From: Raja brachyura
Taxonomy: Eukaryota
Assembly (NCBI GenBank): GCA_963514005.1
Contig: OY740795.1
Coordinates: 52,576,001-52,640,000 of the forward strand
Direction of reading: 5' to 3'
Length of the DNA: 64,000 nucleotides
The notes below the pieces were generated by a model. The model made no database searches, was not told where the DNA came from, and saw nothing but the letters and a program-made list of their open reading frames with translations. Shown here piece after piece: positions 63,382 through 64,000 of this stretch (positions are counted from its first letter, which is position 1; each line of letters begins with the position of its first letter). The position numbers were made by a program, and so were the translations under genes.

Positions 63382-64000
63382 GTATGGAAGAGAAGGCACC
63401 AGTCGGCAGCGAAGCGGATAATCCTGCCCGATAGGTGTTTTATATCAAGGGGTGGGGCAGTTAACCTGGGCGTCCGCCCTGCTCAATTACTGTTTCCCTT
63501 TTGGTGGTTTCACTTGGCGAACACTTGTACTTTTATATTGTAGAAATGCAGCGAAATGCAATCACCAGTGTTCCTTTCTGCGCGTCTCATCTACATTGGT
63601 AGTGTATCTCCCTCCCTTGCAGGGCCGGACTTTCACCTGCTGAGGCCATAAACTCTATGAAATTTGAAGCCCTTCTAGAAAAATAATTCGGGTAAAATAT
63701 GATAAAATAAATATATATTTTTAAAAAAATGAGGCCCCCGAGGGTGTGTGGGCCTAAGCTATACTTATTTAACTTATAGGTAAGTCCAGCACTGCTCCCT
63801 TGCTGCTCCCGAGAAAGTCCAAACACGGTGGTGTCATAATCTGACCATAACATCGCTCCAAAAATGTTGCTTATTTTTTTAAAATCTTCATAAACTCGTG
63901 TGGGAACCCGTTTAGTCGAGTTTCCCTCAGTGCCCAGTTTGGCTTCCGAAAGGAAACTATCCAATCTCCACATACACGCGTGCACTGAAGCTGAGGTCTA

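Noticed and set aside
63169-63543. 124-aa ORF as a complete protein
   Set aside because: CYP26 similarity stops at the donor after 63381, and the remainder is intron read-through. The true start is the ATG at 63178, not the upstream GTG.

Overview
Vertebrate genomic DNA, most likely from a cartilaginous fish (skate/ray-like, inferred from the repeat families). It is not prokaryotic, and almost all short ORFs in the track are non-coding noise or transposon debris. The + strand carries the last three constitutive coding exons of EXOC6 (Sec15A; 7605-7678, 40641-40753, 52128-52260), separated by introns of about 33 kb and 11 kb. About 11 kb downstream is the first coding exon of a CYP26 retinoic-acid hydroxylase (63178-63381), best matching CYP26C1 and matching the known EXOC6-CYP26C1 gene order. 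The introns are full of CR1 and Rex1/Babar LINE fragments, HE1-type V-SINEs and Penelope-like elements (PLEs). Highlights: (1) an in-frame 12-nt candidate EXOC6 microexon at 41149-41160; (2) about 18 PLE-derived insertions, many only 100-250 bp, often self-inverted and with 12-15 bp target-site duplications (TSDs), built around a minimal hammerhead-ribozyme-like motif; (3) two copies of a pogo/Tigger-like non-autonomous DNA transposon carrying the same captured PLE cassette with its hammerhead deleted; (4) a homeodomain-site cluster with exact 16-18 bp repeats between EXOC6 and CYP26C1, plus other enhancer-like blocks; (5) candidate non-coding first exons and a broad CpG-retaining domain upstream of CYP26C1. 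Everything was read by eye. Repeat boundaries are approximate, and homology calls rest on recalled sequences, not database searches.
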